Assembly (NCBI GenBank): GCA_040902195.1
Contig: JBBDXS010000011.1
Span: forward strand, 86,398 to 150,397
Direction of reading: 5' to 3'
DNA length: 64,000 nt
Source: Dehalococcoidia bacterium
GTDB lineage: Bacteria; Chloroflexota; Dehalococcoidia; DSTF01; RBG-16-68-14
This document shows, one piece after another, positions 19,424 through 28,711 of this stretch. The translations under genes were made by a program, and so were the position numbers. The number at the start of each line of letters is the position of its first letter. Position 1 is the first letter of the stretch. The notes beneath the pieces were generated by a model. The model was not told the DNA's origin. It did not search any database and was given only the letters and a program-made list of their open reading frames with translations.

Positions 19424-19616
19424 GTAGGTCGGGGTCTTAAGACCCCGACAGCGAGCACGTAGGCGCGTGTCCTTAGACCCGCGCAATGTAGGGACAGACC
19501 TTTAGAGCCTGCCCTCCAGCGTGGCGAAGGGTCTGTCCGGCACAAGTTGTAGGTCGGGGTCTTAAGACCCCGACAGCGAGCAAGTAGGCGCGTGTCTTTA
19601 GACGCGCGCGATGTAG
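19424..19616 (+). repeat. Two copies of an about 68-nt composite of GTAGG hairpins (family B), 125 nt apart
   Basis: gtaggtcggggtcttaagaccccgacagcgagcaNgtaggcgcgtgtcYttagacScgcgcRatgtag starts at 19424 and again at 19549. A third hairpin type (gtagggacagacctttagagcctgccc) lies between them. Confidence 0.8.
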
Positions 19617-19630
19617 CAAGGTGGGGACAG

Positions 19631-20500
19631 ATGGCCACCGACACGTCAACGAAGGTACGCGACATCCACGCCGGCGACATCACCGCGACCGTGGCGGAGC
19701 TCTGCCAGAGCGCGACGCACTTCCTCCCCGAGGACGTCGTCGCGGGGTTGGAGCGCGCCCGCGACAGCGAGCGGTCGGAGCTCGGTAAGCAGGTGCTGAT
19801 CGAGATCCTCGATAACGCCGAGCTCTCGCGGAAGGAGATGATCCCGCTTTGCCAGGACACCGGCACGACGGTCGTCTTCGTCGAGCTGGGGCAGGATGTG
19901 CACATTGTCGGCGGCGCTCTGTACGATGCGATCAACGCGGGCGTCTCGAAGGGCTACACGGAGGGCTACCTGCGCGCCTCGATGGTGGCGCACCCGTTCT
20001 CGAGCCGCGTCAACACGAAAGACAACACGCCCGCCGTCACCCACGTCGATGTCGTGCCGGGCGACAAGCTCAAGATCAAAGTCCTCCCCAAGGGCGGCGG
20101 CTGCGAGAACATGAGCCGCTTCACGATCCTGCTGCCATCCGCGGGCAAGGAAGCCATCATCGAGTTCGTCCTGCGCACAATCGAGGAGTCGGGCGGCAAC
20201 CCGTGCCCGCCACTCGTCGTCGGCGTCGGCATCGGCGGTACGTCCGAATACGCAATGTACCTCGCGAAGAGGGGCGTGACGCGCGGCATCGACACGCACA
20301 GCGACGACCCGGAGACGGCAGAGTTCGAGCGGGACCTGCTCGAGAAGGTCAACGCGCTTGGCGTCGGGCCGCAGGCCGTCGGTGGCGTGAACACCGCGCT
20401 CGCCGTCCACATCGAGACGTACCCGACGCACATCACCGCGCTGCCCGTCGCGGTGAACCTCCAGTGCCACAGCGCGCGTCTCAAGGAAGCAGAGCTGTGA
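19631..20500 (+). CDS. Class I (Fe-S) fumarate/tartrate hydro-lyase, alpha subunit
   Basis: CQDTGT motif and KGGGCENMS. The start is taken at ATG 19631 because the track GTG at 19592 lies within the repeat. Confidence 0.88.
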   Translation: MATDTSTKVRDIHAGDITATVAELCQSATHFLPEDVVAGLERARDSERSELGKQVLIEILDNAELSRKEMIPLCQDTGTTVVFVELGQDVHIVGGALYDAINAGVSKGYTEGYLRASMVAHPFSSRVNTKDNTPAVTHVDVVPGDKLKIKVLPKGGGCENMSRFTILLPSAGKEAIIEFVLRTIEESGGNPCPPLVVGVGIGGTSEYAMYLAKRGVTRGIDTHSDDPETAEFERDLLEKVNALGVGPQAVGGVNTALAVHIETYPTHITALPVAVNLQCHSARLKEAEL

Positions 20501-20574
20501 CCGAGCCCGTAGGCGCGGGTCTTCTCGAAGAGTCGCCGCAGGAGACAGACCCGCCGACCAAGCCACCTCCTTCT

Positions 20575-20622
20575 GTCATCCTGAGCCGGTCCGCCTCAGG
20601 CGGACAAGGCGGAGGACCTCAG
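20575..20622 (+). repeat. Family A element with internal hairpin
   Basis: gtcatcctgagccggtccgcctcaggcggacaaggcggaggacctcag, about 85% identical to 21826-21874. Confidence 0.75.
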
Positions 20623-20685
20623 TCACCGACGTGGCGGGGCGGCACTCCTGTTCCCGGTTCCGGGGTTCCAAGGTTCTAAGGTTCC

Positions 20686-21078
20686 GTGACTAAGCAAGTA
20701 CGCATCGTCCGGCCGCATGAACGCGACACGTCGACCGCGCAGACCGCGGGTATGGTGCGCGAGGCCGGCGTCGCCGCGTCGACGGTCGGCGCGGAGAAGA
20801 TCTGGGTCGGCTACGTGACGATGGCGCCGGGGGCGGCCTCGGGCGTACACCACCACGGCCCGCTCGAGAGCAGCATCTACATCATCAGCGGCCGCGCGCG
20901 TTTCCGCTTCGGCGACGGCCTGTCGGAGGAGGCCGAGGCCGGCCCGGGCGACTTCATCTACGTGCCGCCGGAAGCCGTCCATCAGGAGATCAACCTGGAC
21001 GCGAACGAGCCGGTCACGATGATCGTCGCGCGTGATGGCCAGGAGAACATCGTCGTGAACGTGGAGGGCCTTGAATAA
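20686..21078 (+). CDS. Cupin domain protein
   Basis: GVHHHGPLESSIYIISGRARFRFG...GDFIYVPPEAVHQEIN are the cupin_2 motifs. 130 aa with a GTG start. Confidence 0.8.
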   Translation: MTKQVRIVRPHERDTSTAQTAGMVREAGVAASTVGAEKIWVGYVTMAPGAASGVHHHGPLESSIYIISGRARFRFGDGLSEEAEAGPGDFIYVPPEAVHQEINLDANEPVTMIVARDGQENIVVNVEGLE

Positions 21079-21082
21079 TGAG

Positions 21083-21180
21083 CCACAGATGAACACTGAT
21101 TGTCACAGATTATGATTGGCAGGACCGTGACATCCGAGCAACCAAAAGAATCCGTGTTCATCAGTGTCAATCTGTGGCCA
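21083..21180. repeat. Symmetric array of six 10-bp CACWGAT-core repeats (3 forward, 3 reverse) around an about 38-bp spacer
   Basis: Forward copies: gccacagat, gaacactgat, tgtcacagat. Reverse copies: atccgtgttc, atcagtgtca, atctgtggc. This is a locally AT-rich intergenic region just upstream of the fumarase beta RBS. Confidence 0.7.
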
Positions 21181-21195
21181 ATAAAGGAGTAGGCG

Positions 21196-21813
21196 ATGCC
21201 GGTAGAAGAACGAAACGGTGAAATTCGCATTAGCGCACCGCTGACGGACGACGACATCGCGAAGCTGCGCATCGGGCAGCACGTGCGCTTCTACGGCACG
21301 ATTTACACCGCCCGTGACGCCGCGCATCGGCGTATGATCGCCGCGGTCGAGAAGGGCGAGCCGCTGCCCGTCGATCTCACAGGACAGATCATCTACTACG
21401 TCGGCCCGTCGCCGGCCCGCCCGGGCCGCGTGATCGGCTCCGCCGGCCCAACGACATCGATGCGCATGGACCCCTTTACGCCGAAGCTGCTCGACCTGGG
21501 GCTGAAGATGGCGATCGGCAAGGGCGGTCGCGGGCCCGTCGTGCAGAAGGCGCTCCAGCAGCACAAGGCGGCCTACTGCCTGGCCGTCGGCGGCGCGGGA
21601 GCGCTGCTCTCGAAAACGGTCCGCAGCGTCGAGGTCATCGCCTACGAGGAGCTCGGCACGGAATCGATGAAGCGCCTCCAGGTCGATGGCTTCCCGGCTA
21701 TCGTCGCCTGCGACATGCACGGCGGCGACCTGCTGCTCCAGGGCAAGGAGTCGTGGCGGCAGCAGGACAAGCTGGGCTCCTACCAGTCCGTCGCTCCCCT
21801 CGCCGAAATCTAG
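21196..21813 (+). CDS. Class I (Fe-S) fumarate/tartrate hydro-lyase, beta subunit
   Basis: GTIYTARDAAHRRM, GPTTSMRMD, AIGKGGRG, CDMHGGDL. aaaggag RBS. Confidence 0.88.
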   Translation: MPVEERNGEIRISAPLTDDDIAKLRIGQHVRFYGTIYTARDAAHRRMIAAVEKGEPLPVDLTGQIIYYVGPSPARPGRVIGSAGPTTSMRMDPFTPKLLDLGLKMAIGKGGRGPVVQKALQQHKAAYCLAVGGAGALLSKTVRSVEVIAYEELGTESMKRLQVDGFPAIVACDMHGGDLLLQGKESWRQQDKLGSYQSVAPLAEI

Positions 21814-21825
21814 CCCTCGATGCCT

Positions 21826-21874
21826 GTCATTCTGAGCCGGTCCGCCTTATGGCGGACAAGGCGAAGAATCTTAG
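21826..21874 (+). repeat. Family A element with internal hairpin
   Basis: gtcattctgagccggtccgccttatggcggacaaggcgaagaatcttag. Confidence 0.75.
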
Positions 21875-22018
21875 GTTCCTCCTGGCGCAGCGTTGCCATT
21901 ACGGGGGCGACCAACCGCCTTCCGTAGCTGCAGGCCGGCGCCTGTCCGCCTATGGCGGAGGCCTCCGCGTTCCTTCGTCGCTCCAAGAAAAAACTCTCCA
22001 AATTTCTTCCATAACCCC

Positions 22019-22048
22019 TTGACAGGCCCAGCATATGTGTTCTATAGT
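22019..22048 (+). promoter_or_regulatory. Near-consensus sigma-70-type promoter candidate
   Basis: TTGACA (22019-22024), an 18-nt spacer, then TATAGT (22043-22048). It sits in a locally AT-rich stretch. Confidence 0.5.
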
Positions 22049-22150
22049 ACGGGTGTTCGCTGGAACATACATTCGGAGACTCGACTGAGGAGGCCTCCGA
22101 ACGGGGAGCCCGGGCGCTGGGCGCCTGACCACGGAAGGGACAGGACCGAC

Positions 22151-22246
22151 ATGACGTTCGCAGTTGCGCTTGTGCTGGTGCTGGTCTGCTCGAGCGTGTA
22201 CCTCGTACACCAGTGGTACACCGACGGCCTCCGCGAGCCGCAGTAA
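22151..22246 (+). CDS. Candidate 31-aa single-TM micropeptide
   Basis: MTFAVALVLVLVCSSVYLVHQWYTDGLREPQ. ggaaggga lies 10 nt upstream of the ATG, 26 of 30 codons end in G/C, and it is about 100 nt downstream of the promoter candidate. Confidence 0.35.
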   Translation: MTFAVALVLVLVCSSVYLVHQWYTDGLREPQ

Positions 22247-22329
22247 CCCACTCAAGACATCTACCTCCTCCCTACACGCTTAACGCCGTCCCGGACGTGC
22301 CATCCTTCGTCCGAGGCGGCGTTGGCGTA

Positions 22330-22500
22330 TGTCTGTAAAACCGAGAACCAAGAACCGAGAACCCCGAACCGACGACGCTTCGGAGCATGGAGCGGCCGAA
22401 CGCTTGAACAATTGAACCCGGGCCGCACATCCCCAAGGTTCGATGGTTCTGAGGTTCCGTGGTTTCGCCGGTTCTGGGTTCCTGGTTTCTTGGTTCTGCC
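22330..22500. repeat. Short-period GGTTCY/RGAACC repeat blocks (family C), two blocks in inverted orientation
   Basis: aaccgagaaccaagaaccgagaaccccgaacc versus ggttctgaggttccgtggtttcgccggttctgggttcctggtttcttggttctg. Confidence 0.7.
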
Positions 22501-22547
22501 GGGAGGGGCGCGGGGAGGGGTTACAGGGGAGGGGTTACAATTGCATC

Positions 22548-23645
22548 ATGCGCATTCTCGCAGTCGATGTTGGCACAGGCACGCAAGACATCCTGCTCTT
22601 CGATTCGTCGGGGCCGGTCGAGAACTCCGTCAAGCTCGTGATGCCCAGCGCGACGTCGATTGCCGCCGGGCGCATCCGCCGCGCGACGGAGCAGCGACGG
22701 GCCGTCCTGCTTACGGGCGTGATCCAGGGCGGCGGGCCCTGCCACTGGGCGCTCGAGGACCACCTGCGCGCGGGACACGCCGCGTACGCCACGCCCGCGG
22801 CCGCCCGCACGTTTGATGACGACCTCTCGCGCGTCGAGGCGATGGGTGTCCGCGTCGTCAGCGAGGACGAAGCGTCGCGGCTGATGGATGTGGAGCGCAT
22901 CGAGCTGCGCGACCTCGACCTCGCCGCGGTCCGGACGGCGCTCGCGGCGTTCGACGTCTCGGGTGTGTTCGACGGGCTGGCGCTGGGCTGCCTGGACCAC
23001 GGCGATTCGCCGCCGGACTATTCGGACCGCCTCTTCCGCTTCGATCACCTGCGCCGTGTCGTCGAGCGCGAGAACGACCTGCTCGCGTTCGCCTACCTGC
23101 CGCCGGAGCTGCCCGAGTACCTCACGCGCGCGCGCACGTTGATGTCGGGCGCGGCGAACGAAGCCCCCGCGGCGGTCTTCCTCGACACCGGCGCGGCCGC
23201 CGCGCTGGGTGCCCTCCAGGACGAACGCGTTGCGGCCGCTGACGAGCAGCTCGTGCTGAATCTGGGGAACATGCACGCGCTCGCGTTCCACCTCCGCGGC
23301 ACGCACATCGTCAGCCTCTACGAGCACCACACCGGCGAGATGTCCACCGGGCAGATCGAGGACTTTACGGAGCGTCTGATCGCGCGCACGCTCGCGCACG
23401 AGGAGGTCTTCGGCTCGAAGGGGCACGGCGTCTTCTACGCGGACGGCGCGTCATCGAATGGAGCGAAACCGCTCGTCGCCGTCACCGGGCCGCAGCGCGG
23501 CCGGCTGCGCGGCAGCCGCCTCGATCCCTACTTCGCGACTCCGCACGGCGACATGATGATCTCCGGCTGCTTCGGTCTCGTGCGCGCGTTCGCGGCGCGC
23601 CATCCGCACCACGCCGCCGAAATCGAGCGCACGCTGGCGGGCTAG
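22548..23645 (+). CDS. DUF1786-like ASKHA (actin-fold ATPase) superfamily protein
   Basis: The start is set to ATG 22548. MRILAVDVGTGTQDILLFD is a phosphate-1-like motif. The family assignment is from memory of DUF1786 N-termini. Confidence 0.65.
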   Translation: MRILAVDVGTGTQDILLFDSSGPVENSVKLVMPSATSIAAGRIRRATEQRRAVLLTGVIQGGGPCHWALEDHLRAGHAAYATPAAARTFDDDLSRVEAMGVRVVSEDEASRLMDVERIELRDLDLAAVRTALAAFDVSGVFDGLALGCLDHGDSPPDYSDRLFRFDHLRRVVERENDLLAFAYLPPELPEYLTRARTLMSGAANEAPAAVFLDTGAAAALGALQDERVAAADEQLVLNLGNMHALAFHLRGTHIVSLYEHHTGEMSTGQIEDFTERLIARTLAHEEVFGSKGHGVFYADGASSNGAKPLVAVTGPQRGRLRGSRLDPYFATPHGDMMISGCFGLVRAFAARHPHHAAEIERTLAG

Positions 23646-23897
23646 CCGTGCCGGCGCTCGCGTCCCGGGGGCTGGCCGTGGCGTGGCGGCGCAACGTCAG
23701 GCCGCTTTGCTCCTGCGAAAACGAGTCGAGGTGCCACCGGGCGCTGCTCAAGAAACTAATCGAAACTCGCTAGCGCGCACGAATCACCATCGACGCCGTA
23801 GGTCGGGGTCTTCAGACCCCGACGGCCATCGACTCGAGCCAACTACGAGGCCGCCCTTCCGGACGACCTCGAACCTCGAACTCCGAGCTTCGAGAAG

Positions 23898-24431
23898 CTA
23901 CACGCCGCGCAGGAGCTTGCGGACGAACGGCGGCATCAGCGCGACCATGATCTCCGGCGGCTCCGAGATGTCGTTGATCTCAATGCCCTGCGGGATGTAG
24001 CGCCACGTGCGGAAGCCGTACACATCGATCTTGAGCTTCTTGCAAATCTTCTTCGCCAGGCCGCCGTACCCGACGGGCACGTACAGATAGAACGCCGCGT
24101 CCGGCAGCTTCGCGAACTTCGCCCAGGCGTGCTTCGCGCGCTCCTCCGTCACCGTCTCCTGCAGCTCGACCTGGGCCAGCATCTTCAGGATGTTGCCCGG
24201 CGTATCGACGCAAACGATGTCGGGGACGAGCTCGTTGCCGTCCGGGTCCTGGACGGGCATCGTCTTCTCGGGCACGTTCACGAACGCGCGCAGCGAGGGA
24301 AGGTCGGGCGTCGGGAACTCGAAACGCGCCTGGGCCACGTCCTGCACAACGCGCTCGCGCAGCTCTTCCCGGTTCTTCGGGATCGGCTGCAGCATCTTGT
24401 CGACGTCCGTCCAGCGCGTATCGATGGTCAT
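23898..24431 (-). CDS. Hypothetical protein (possible PD-(D/E)xK-like core)
   Basis: 177-aa ORF with good GC3 bias. VPDIVCVD...AQVELQET...K is loosely nuclease-like. No confident family assignment. Confidence 0.55.
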   Translation of the reverse strand: MTIDTRWTDVDKMLQPIPKNREELRERVVQDVAQARFEFPTPDLPSLRAFVNVPEKTMPVQDPDGNELVPDIVCVDTPGNILKMLAQVELQETVTEERAKHAWAKFAKLPDAAFYLYVPVGYGGLAKKICKKLKIDVYGFRTWRYIPQGIEINDISEPPEIMVALMPPFVRKLLRGV

Positions 24432-24719
24432 GGCCTACCTCCGGCGGGCGCGTGAGTACGTGAAGTCCGGCACAATCATACTAAGAACGACGAGCAGGGA
24501 ACAAGGAACAGGGAACAGCGAAGGTCATTCTGAGCCTCGCGGGCTGGGGGGGTCGGCGACGAGCCACAGACTTACCCGAGGCGGGGTGGGCGAAGAACCT
24601 CGTCCCATGCGTCTAGCTCCTCTGGTTCAAAACATCGCGTCACGCGGTAGGAGATCCTTCGCGTCGCTCAGGATGACAGGCTTCCAGTACAATAGCGCCC
24701 GAGCATACGAGGAGGTCAC

Positions 24720-25532
24720 ATGGACTACGAGCAGATCATCTACGACGTGTCGGACGGCGTGGCCACGATTACCCTCAACCGCCCCGAACGGATGAACGCG
24801 TTCACGAACACGATGATCGCAGAATGGGCCCGGGCGATCGAGGGCGCCCGCCTCGACCGCGAAGTGCGCGCCGTCATCGTAACTGGCGCCGGGCGCGGCT
24901 TCTGCGCAGGCGCGGACCTGCGCGCCGATTCCGGCGTGCCAGAGGCGGCGCGCACGGAGGGGACCGTCTCCTCGGCGAGCCGGCGCAACTGGCTGCGCGA
25001 CGGCGTCCACAACGTCCCGCGCCAGGTCGCGCTGCTGGACAAGCCGTACATCGCGGCGCTCAACGGCGCGGCTGTCGGCGCGGGGATGGACATGGCCAGC
25101 ATGGCAGACATCCGTATCGCCACGGAGGAAGCGCGTTTCGCGATGACGTACGTCAAGGTCGGCCTCGTCCCCGGCGATGGCGGGTGCTACTACCTGCCGC
25201 GCATCGTCGGCCTCGCGAAGGCGCTCGAGCTGATCTGGACAGGTGACTTCATCGACGCGCAGGAAGCGCTGCGCATCGGCTACGTCTCGAAAGTCGTGCC
25301 GGCGTCCGAGTTGATGACCACGGCTCGAGAGCTCGCGCTACGCATCGCGCGGGGACCAGCCGTAGCGGTCCAGCTCGCGAAACGCCTCGTTTACCGCGGG
25401 CTGACGACCGACGTCAACGAAGCGCTCGAGGCGGCCGGCCAGGCGATGGCCATCGTGCAGTCAACCGAGGATGCGAAGGAAGGCCCGCGTGCGTTCACGG
25501 AGAAGCGCGCGCCGCAGTTTACGGGTCAGTAG
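24720..25532 (+). CDS. Enoyl-CoA hydratase/isomerase (crotonase) family protein
   Basis: ITLNRPERMNAF, VIVTGAGRGFCAGADL, NGAAVGAGMDMA, EGPRAFTEKR. Confidence 0.92.
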   Translation: MDYEQIIYDVSDGVATITLNRPERMNAFTNTMIAEWARAIEGARLDREVRAVIVTGAGRGFCAGADLRADSGVPEAARTEGTVSSASRRNWLRDGVHNVPRQVALLDKPYIAALNGAAVGAGMDMASMADIRIATEEARFAMTYVKVGLVPGDGGCYYLPRIVGLAKALELIWTGDFIDAQEALRIGYVSKVVPASELMTTARELALRIARGPAVAVQLAKRLVYRGLTTDVNEALEAAGQAMAIVQSTEDAKEGPRAFTEKRAPQFTGQ

Positions 25533-25615
25533 GAGCGGGGCCTCGTCTGTTGCAGCCCTTCGCGTCTATAATCAAGTCCCGGAGGCATATTCGAAGATCG
25601 TGTCGGCCAGGAGCG

Positions 25616-26419
25616 ATGACTGAACCTGAGCTTTCCGTACTGATTCCCGTTCTCAATTGGGAGGACACGCTCCAGGAGACGGTGCGCCGCCTGCGGGAGG
25701 ATGTCGCCGGCCACGATATGGAGGTCTTGCTCATCTTCGATGTGACCAGGCCGGAGCTACGAGGGGAGATCGACCGCGGGGCCGGCGAGCTGGCCGAACG
25801 GTACGAAACGCGCGCGCTGTTCCGCACGAACGAGCGCGGCTTCGGCTCGGCCCTCCGTTACGGCGCGTCGAACGCGACGGGGCGGGCTGTCATGCCCGTC
25901 ATGGCCGACCTCTCCGATGAGCTCTCGGCGATTCCGAAGATGCTCGCACGTATCGAAGCCGGCGCGGACGTTGTCGTGGGCGCCCGGTACGTCCCGGGTG
26001 GCAAGACCGTCGGAAGCACGCCCAAGCAGCGCACGTCGCGGGTCTATACGTGGCTGATGGCGCTGCTGACCAACGTCAAGGTCGGAGACGTCTCGAATAG
26101 CTTTAAGATGTACCGCCGAGAGGTCTGGAGCGCTGTCGAACCTGTCGCTGATTCGTTCGACCTGTCGGTCGAGCTAGTCGTAAAGGCTGCGGAACTGGGC
26201 TACCGGATCGAGTACGTGCCGGTGACGTGGGAGAACCGCCTGGTCGGCAAGTCGACGTTCCGCGTCATGCGCGAGCTGCGCAACTATGGGCGCTGGCTGG
26301 CCTATGCGATGGTACGCATGCCCTCGCGATGGCTCATCGTGGCGGGGCTGGGGCTGCCGCTGGTCTTGCGGGCGCGCTATCGAAGGCCACTGCAACGGTC
26401 GGCGGCTGTTGGCAGTTGA
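25616..26419 (+). CDS. Family 2 glycosyltransferase (Dpm1/polyprenol-phosphate sugar synthase-like)
   Basis: ATG 25616 with aggag RBS. LSVLIPVLNWEDTL, MADLSDE (DxD-like), GARYVPGG. Confidence 0.85.
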   Translation: MTEPELSVLIPVLNWEDTLQETVRRLREDVAGHDMEVLLIFDVTRPELRGEIDRGAGELAERYETRALFRTNERGFGSALRYGASNATGRAVMPVMADLSDELSAIPKMLARIEAGADVVVGARYVPGGKTVGSTPKQRTSRVYTWLMALLTNVKVGDVSNSFKMYRREVWSAVEPVADSFDLSVELVVKAAELGYRIEYVPVTWENRLVGKSTFRVMRELRNYGRWLAYAMVRMPSRWLIVAGLGLPLVLRARYRRPLQRSAAVGS

Positions 26420-26450
26420 ATAACGTAGGCCTTAGCCGGAGGCAGACACG

Positions 26451-27758
26451 ATGACGACACCTGAACAGCTACTCGAAAAGGTGCGCGCGCGCGACTTCCA
26501 GGTCGGGATCATCGGCCTCGGCCGCGTCGGGCTGCCGCTGGGCATCGCCTTTGCGCGAAGCGGCATCCGCGTCATCGGCGTCGACCGCGATGAGCGGCTG
26601 CTGGCGAGTGTCCGCTCCGGTCAGATGCCCTTCTACGAGGACGGTGGTGAAGCCGCGCTACCTGAGGTGATCGCGAGCGGCAAGCTCCACGCTACCGAAC
26701 GCGATGAGGACCTGCGCGACGCCGACGTCATCTTCATCACCGTCGCGACAGGACTGAACAGCGAGCAACGCGTTGACTACGGTCAGCTCCACTCGGCTCT
26801 CGACCGGATCTGTCCACAACTCCGGCCCGTGCAGGTCATCGTGCTGCGCAGCACGGTCTCGCCCGGCACGCTGCAGAAGATCGTGAAGCCGTACATCGAG
26901 TCGCACACGGAGCTGGAGGTGGGGCGGGACGTCCTGCTCGCATCGGCGCCGGAGCGGATCTCCGCCGGTCGCGCGATCGCCGAGCTGGAAACGCTGCCGG
27001 AGATCATCGGCGGCTACGATCAGATGGCCACCGATGTCACATCGGAAGTGATGCGCACGCTGAACCCAGACAAGGTCATGCACCAGACCGATCCCGTAAG
27101 CGCCGAGCTGGCTAAGCTGTTTACGAACGTCTATCGATACGTCTCGTTTGCCGTCGCGAACGAGTTTGCCCTGCTCGCGGAGCACCACGGCCGTGATGCG
27201 CACGAGATCATCGGCATGATTAACGCCGGTTATCCGCGTGGCGGCATTCCGCTGCCGGGCCCCTGCGGTGGGCCCTGCCTCGCGAAGGACGGCTACCTCC
27301 TCGTCGAGGAGCTCAGCTTCCCGGACTTCATCCTCACCGCGTGGAAGCTGAACGAGGGTGTGCCGTCGTACATGATCGGCCGCCTGAAGGACGCCTTCGC
27401 CGCGAATGGGAAGAAGCTCGAGGGTTCGAAGGTGGGCGTGCTCGGCATGGCGTTCAAGGCTGACATCGATGACGTGCGCCACTCGCCCGCGATGCGCATG
27501 ATCGAGATCCTGAAGCGCGAGGGCGCGGATGTCGTCGTGCACGACCCGTACCACGACACGCCCGGCCTCGACGCTACCGTGGAGAACGCGGACGCTGTCG
27601 TGCTGGCGACGAACCACACCGCGTTCCTAGGGCTGAAGACCGCTATGCTGCGTGAGCAGACGAAGCCCGACTGTATCTTTGTCGACTGCTGGGGCATCTG
27701 GGACGGAGCGGATCCGGGCGCCAACGTTCTGACGTTTGGCAAGGGAAGCGATGCATGA
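26451..27758 (+). CDS. Nucleotide-sugar dehydrogenase (UDP-glucose/GDP-mannose dehydrogenase family)
   Basis: VGIIGLGRVGLPLG, GGPCLAKD (catalytic Cys), GMAFKADIDDVRHSP. Confidence 0.9.
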   Translation: MTTPEQLLEKVRARDFQVGIIGLGRVGLPLGIAFARSGIRVIGVDRDERLLASVRSGQMPFYEDGGEAALPEVIASGKLHATERDEDLRDADVIFITVATGLNSEQRVDYGQLHSALDRICPQLRPVQVIVLRSTVSPGTLQKIVKPYIESHTELEVGRDVLLASAPERISAGRAIAELETLPEIIGGYDQMATDVTSEVMRTLNPDKVMHQTDPVSAELAKLFTNVYRYVSFAVANEFALLAEHHGRDAHEIIGMINAGYPRGGIPLPGPCGGPCLAKDGYLLVEELSFPDFILTAWKLNEGVPSYMIGRLKDAFAANGKKLEGSKVGVLGMAFKADIDDVRHSPAMRMIEILKREGADVVVHDPYHDTPGLDATVENADAVVLATNHTAFLGLKTAMLREQTKPDCIFVDCWGIWDGADPGANVLTFGKGSDA

Positions 27759-28708
27759 TCGCCGTCACCGGTGGGGAAGGGTTCATCGGCAGCGCCGTCG
27801 TACGTAAGCTGCTGGAGCGTGGCCAGGAGGTCCGCGTCGTCGATGACCTCTCGAAGGGGCAGGAGCGGAGGTCCGGCGACTACGAGTTCGTCCTAGCCGA
27901 CCTGCGCGATCCGGAGCAGGCCGAACGCGCGCTGGCCGGCGCCGGCACGTGCTTTCACCTGGCCGCCAAGATTGGCGGCATCGGCTACTTCCACAAGTAC
28001 CCTGCGACGATCCTGAGCGACAACGGCAGCATGCTCTCGACTGTGTTCGAGACGGCCGCGAAGCACAAAACGAAAGTCGTCTACGTTTCCTCATCGATGG
28101 TCTACGAGCGCACGGACCAGTTCCCGTCGCCCGAAACGGCCGTCGAAACGTCGCCGCCGCCGATTACGCACTACGGCTTCTCAAAGCTGGTCGGCGAGTA
28201 TTTCTGCCGCGCCTTCCACGACGAGCGCGGCGTGCCGTTTGTGATCTGCCGCCCCTTCAACGCGTACGGCGTCGGTGAGTACCCCGAGGACGAGCCGGGT
28301 ATCGCGCATGTGATCCCGGACCTGATTAGGAAGGTACTGAGCGGCGATTACCCGCTCGAGATCTTCGGCAGTGGCGACCAGACGCGCTGCTTCACGTACG
28401 TCGATGACGTCGCCGACGGGATCGTCACCGCCGGACTGGACCCGCGCGGTGAGAACGAGGCGTTTAACGTCGGCGTATCGACGCCGACGTCGGTGCGGGA
28501 GCTGTCGGAGACGATCTGGCGTCTCTGCGAACGGCCAGAGCCGCTCGAGTTCCGCCACCTGCCGTCGCTGACGCACGATATCCAGGTGCGCGTGCCGGAC
28601 ACCTCGAAAATCGAGCGCATGCTGGCCTGGCGTCCAAAGGTGCAGCTCGAAGAAGGGCTGCGGCGCACGATCGCGTTCCTCAAGGAATCGGCGCCAAGTC
28701 CGGCCTAG
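27755..28708 (+). CDS. NAD-dependent epimerase/dehydratase (extended SDR)
   Basis: VTGGEGFIGS, SSSMVY, YGFSK (YxxxK). ATGA overlap with the upstream gene. Confidence 0.9.
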   Translation: MIAVTGGEGFIGSAVVRKLLERGQEVRVVDDLSKGQERRSGDYEFVLADLRDPEQAERALAGAGTCFHLAAKIGGIGYFHKYPATILSDNGSMLSTVFETAAKHKTKVVYVSSSMVYERTDQFPSPETAVETSPPPITHYGFSKLVGEYFCRAFHDERGVPFVICRPFNAYGVGEYPEDEPGIAHVIPDLIRKVLSGDYPLEIFGSGDQTRCFTYVDDVADGIVTAGLDPRGENEAFNVGVSTPTSVRELSETIWRLCERPEPLEFRHLPSLTHDIQVRVPDTSKIERMLAWRPKVQLEEGLRRTIAFLKESAPSPA

Positions 28709-28711
28709 CTT

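Noticed and set aside
19424-19616. Possible CRISPR-like repeat-spacer structure
   Set aside because: There are only two copies of a composite unit made of internal palindromes. The 'spacer' itself is another hairpin repeat, there are no cas genes, and the same hairpins are scattered singly elsewhere.
18226-19935. 569-aa minus-strand ORF
   Set aside because: It is antisense to mdh and the fumarase alpha gene, which have unmistakable motifs. Its sequence is Arg/Ser/Ala-rich low complexity, typical of shadow ORFs in high-GC DNA.
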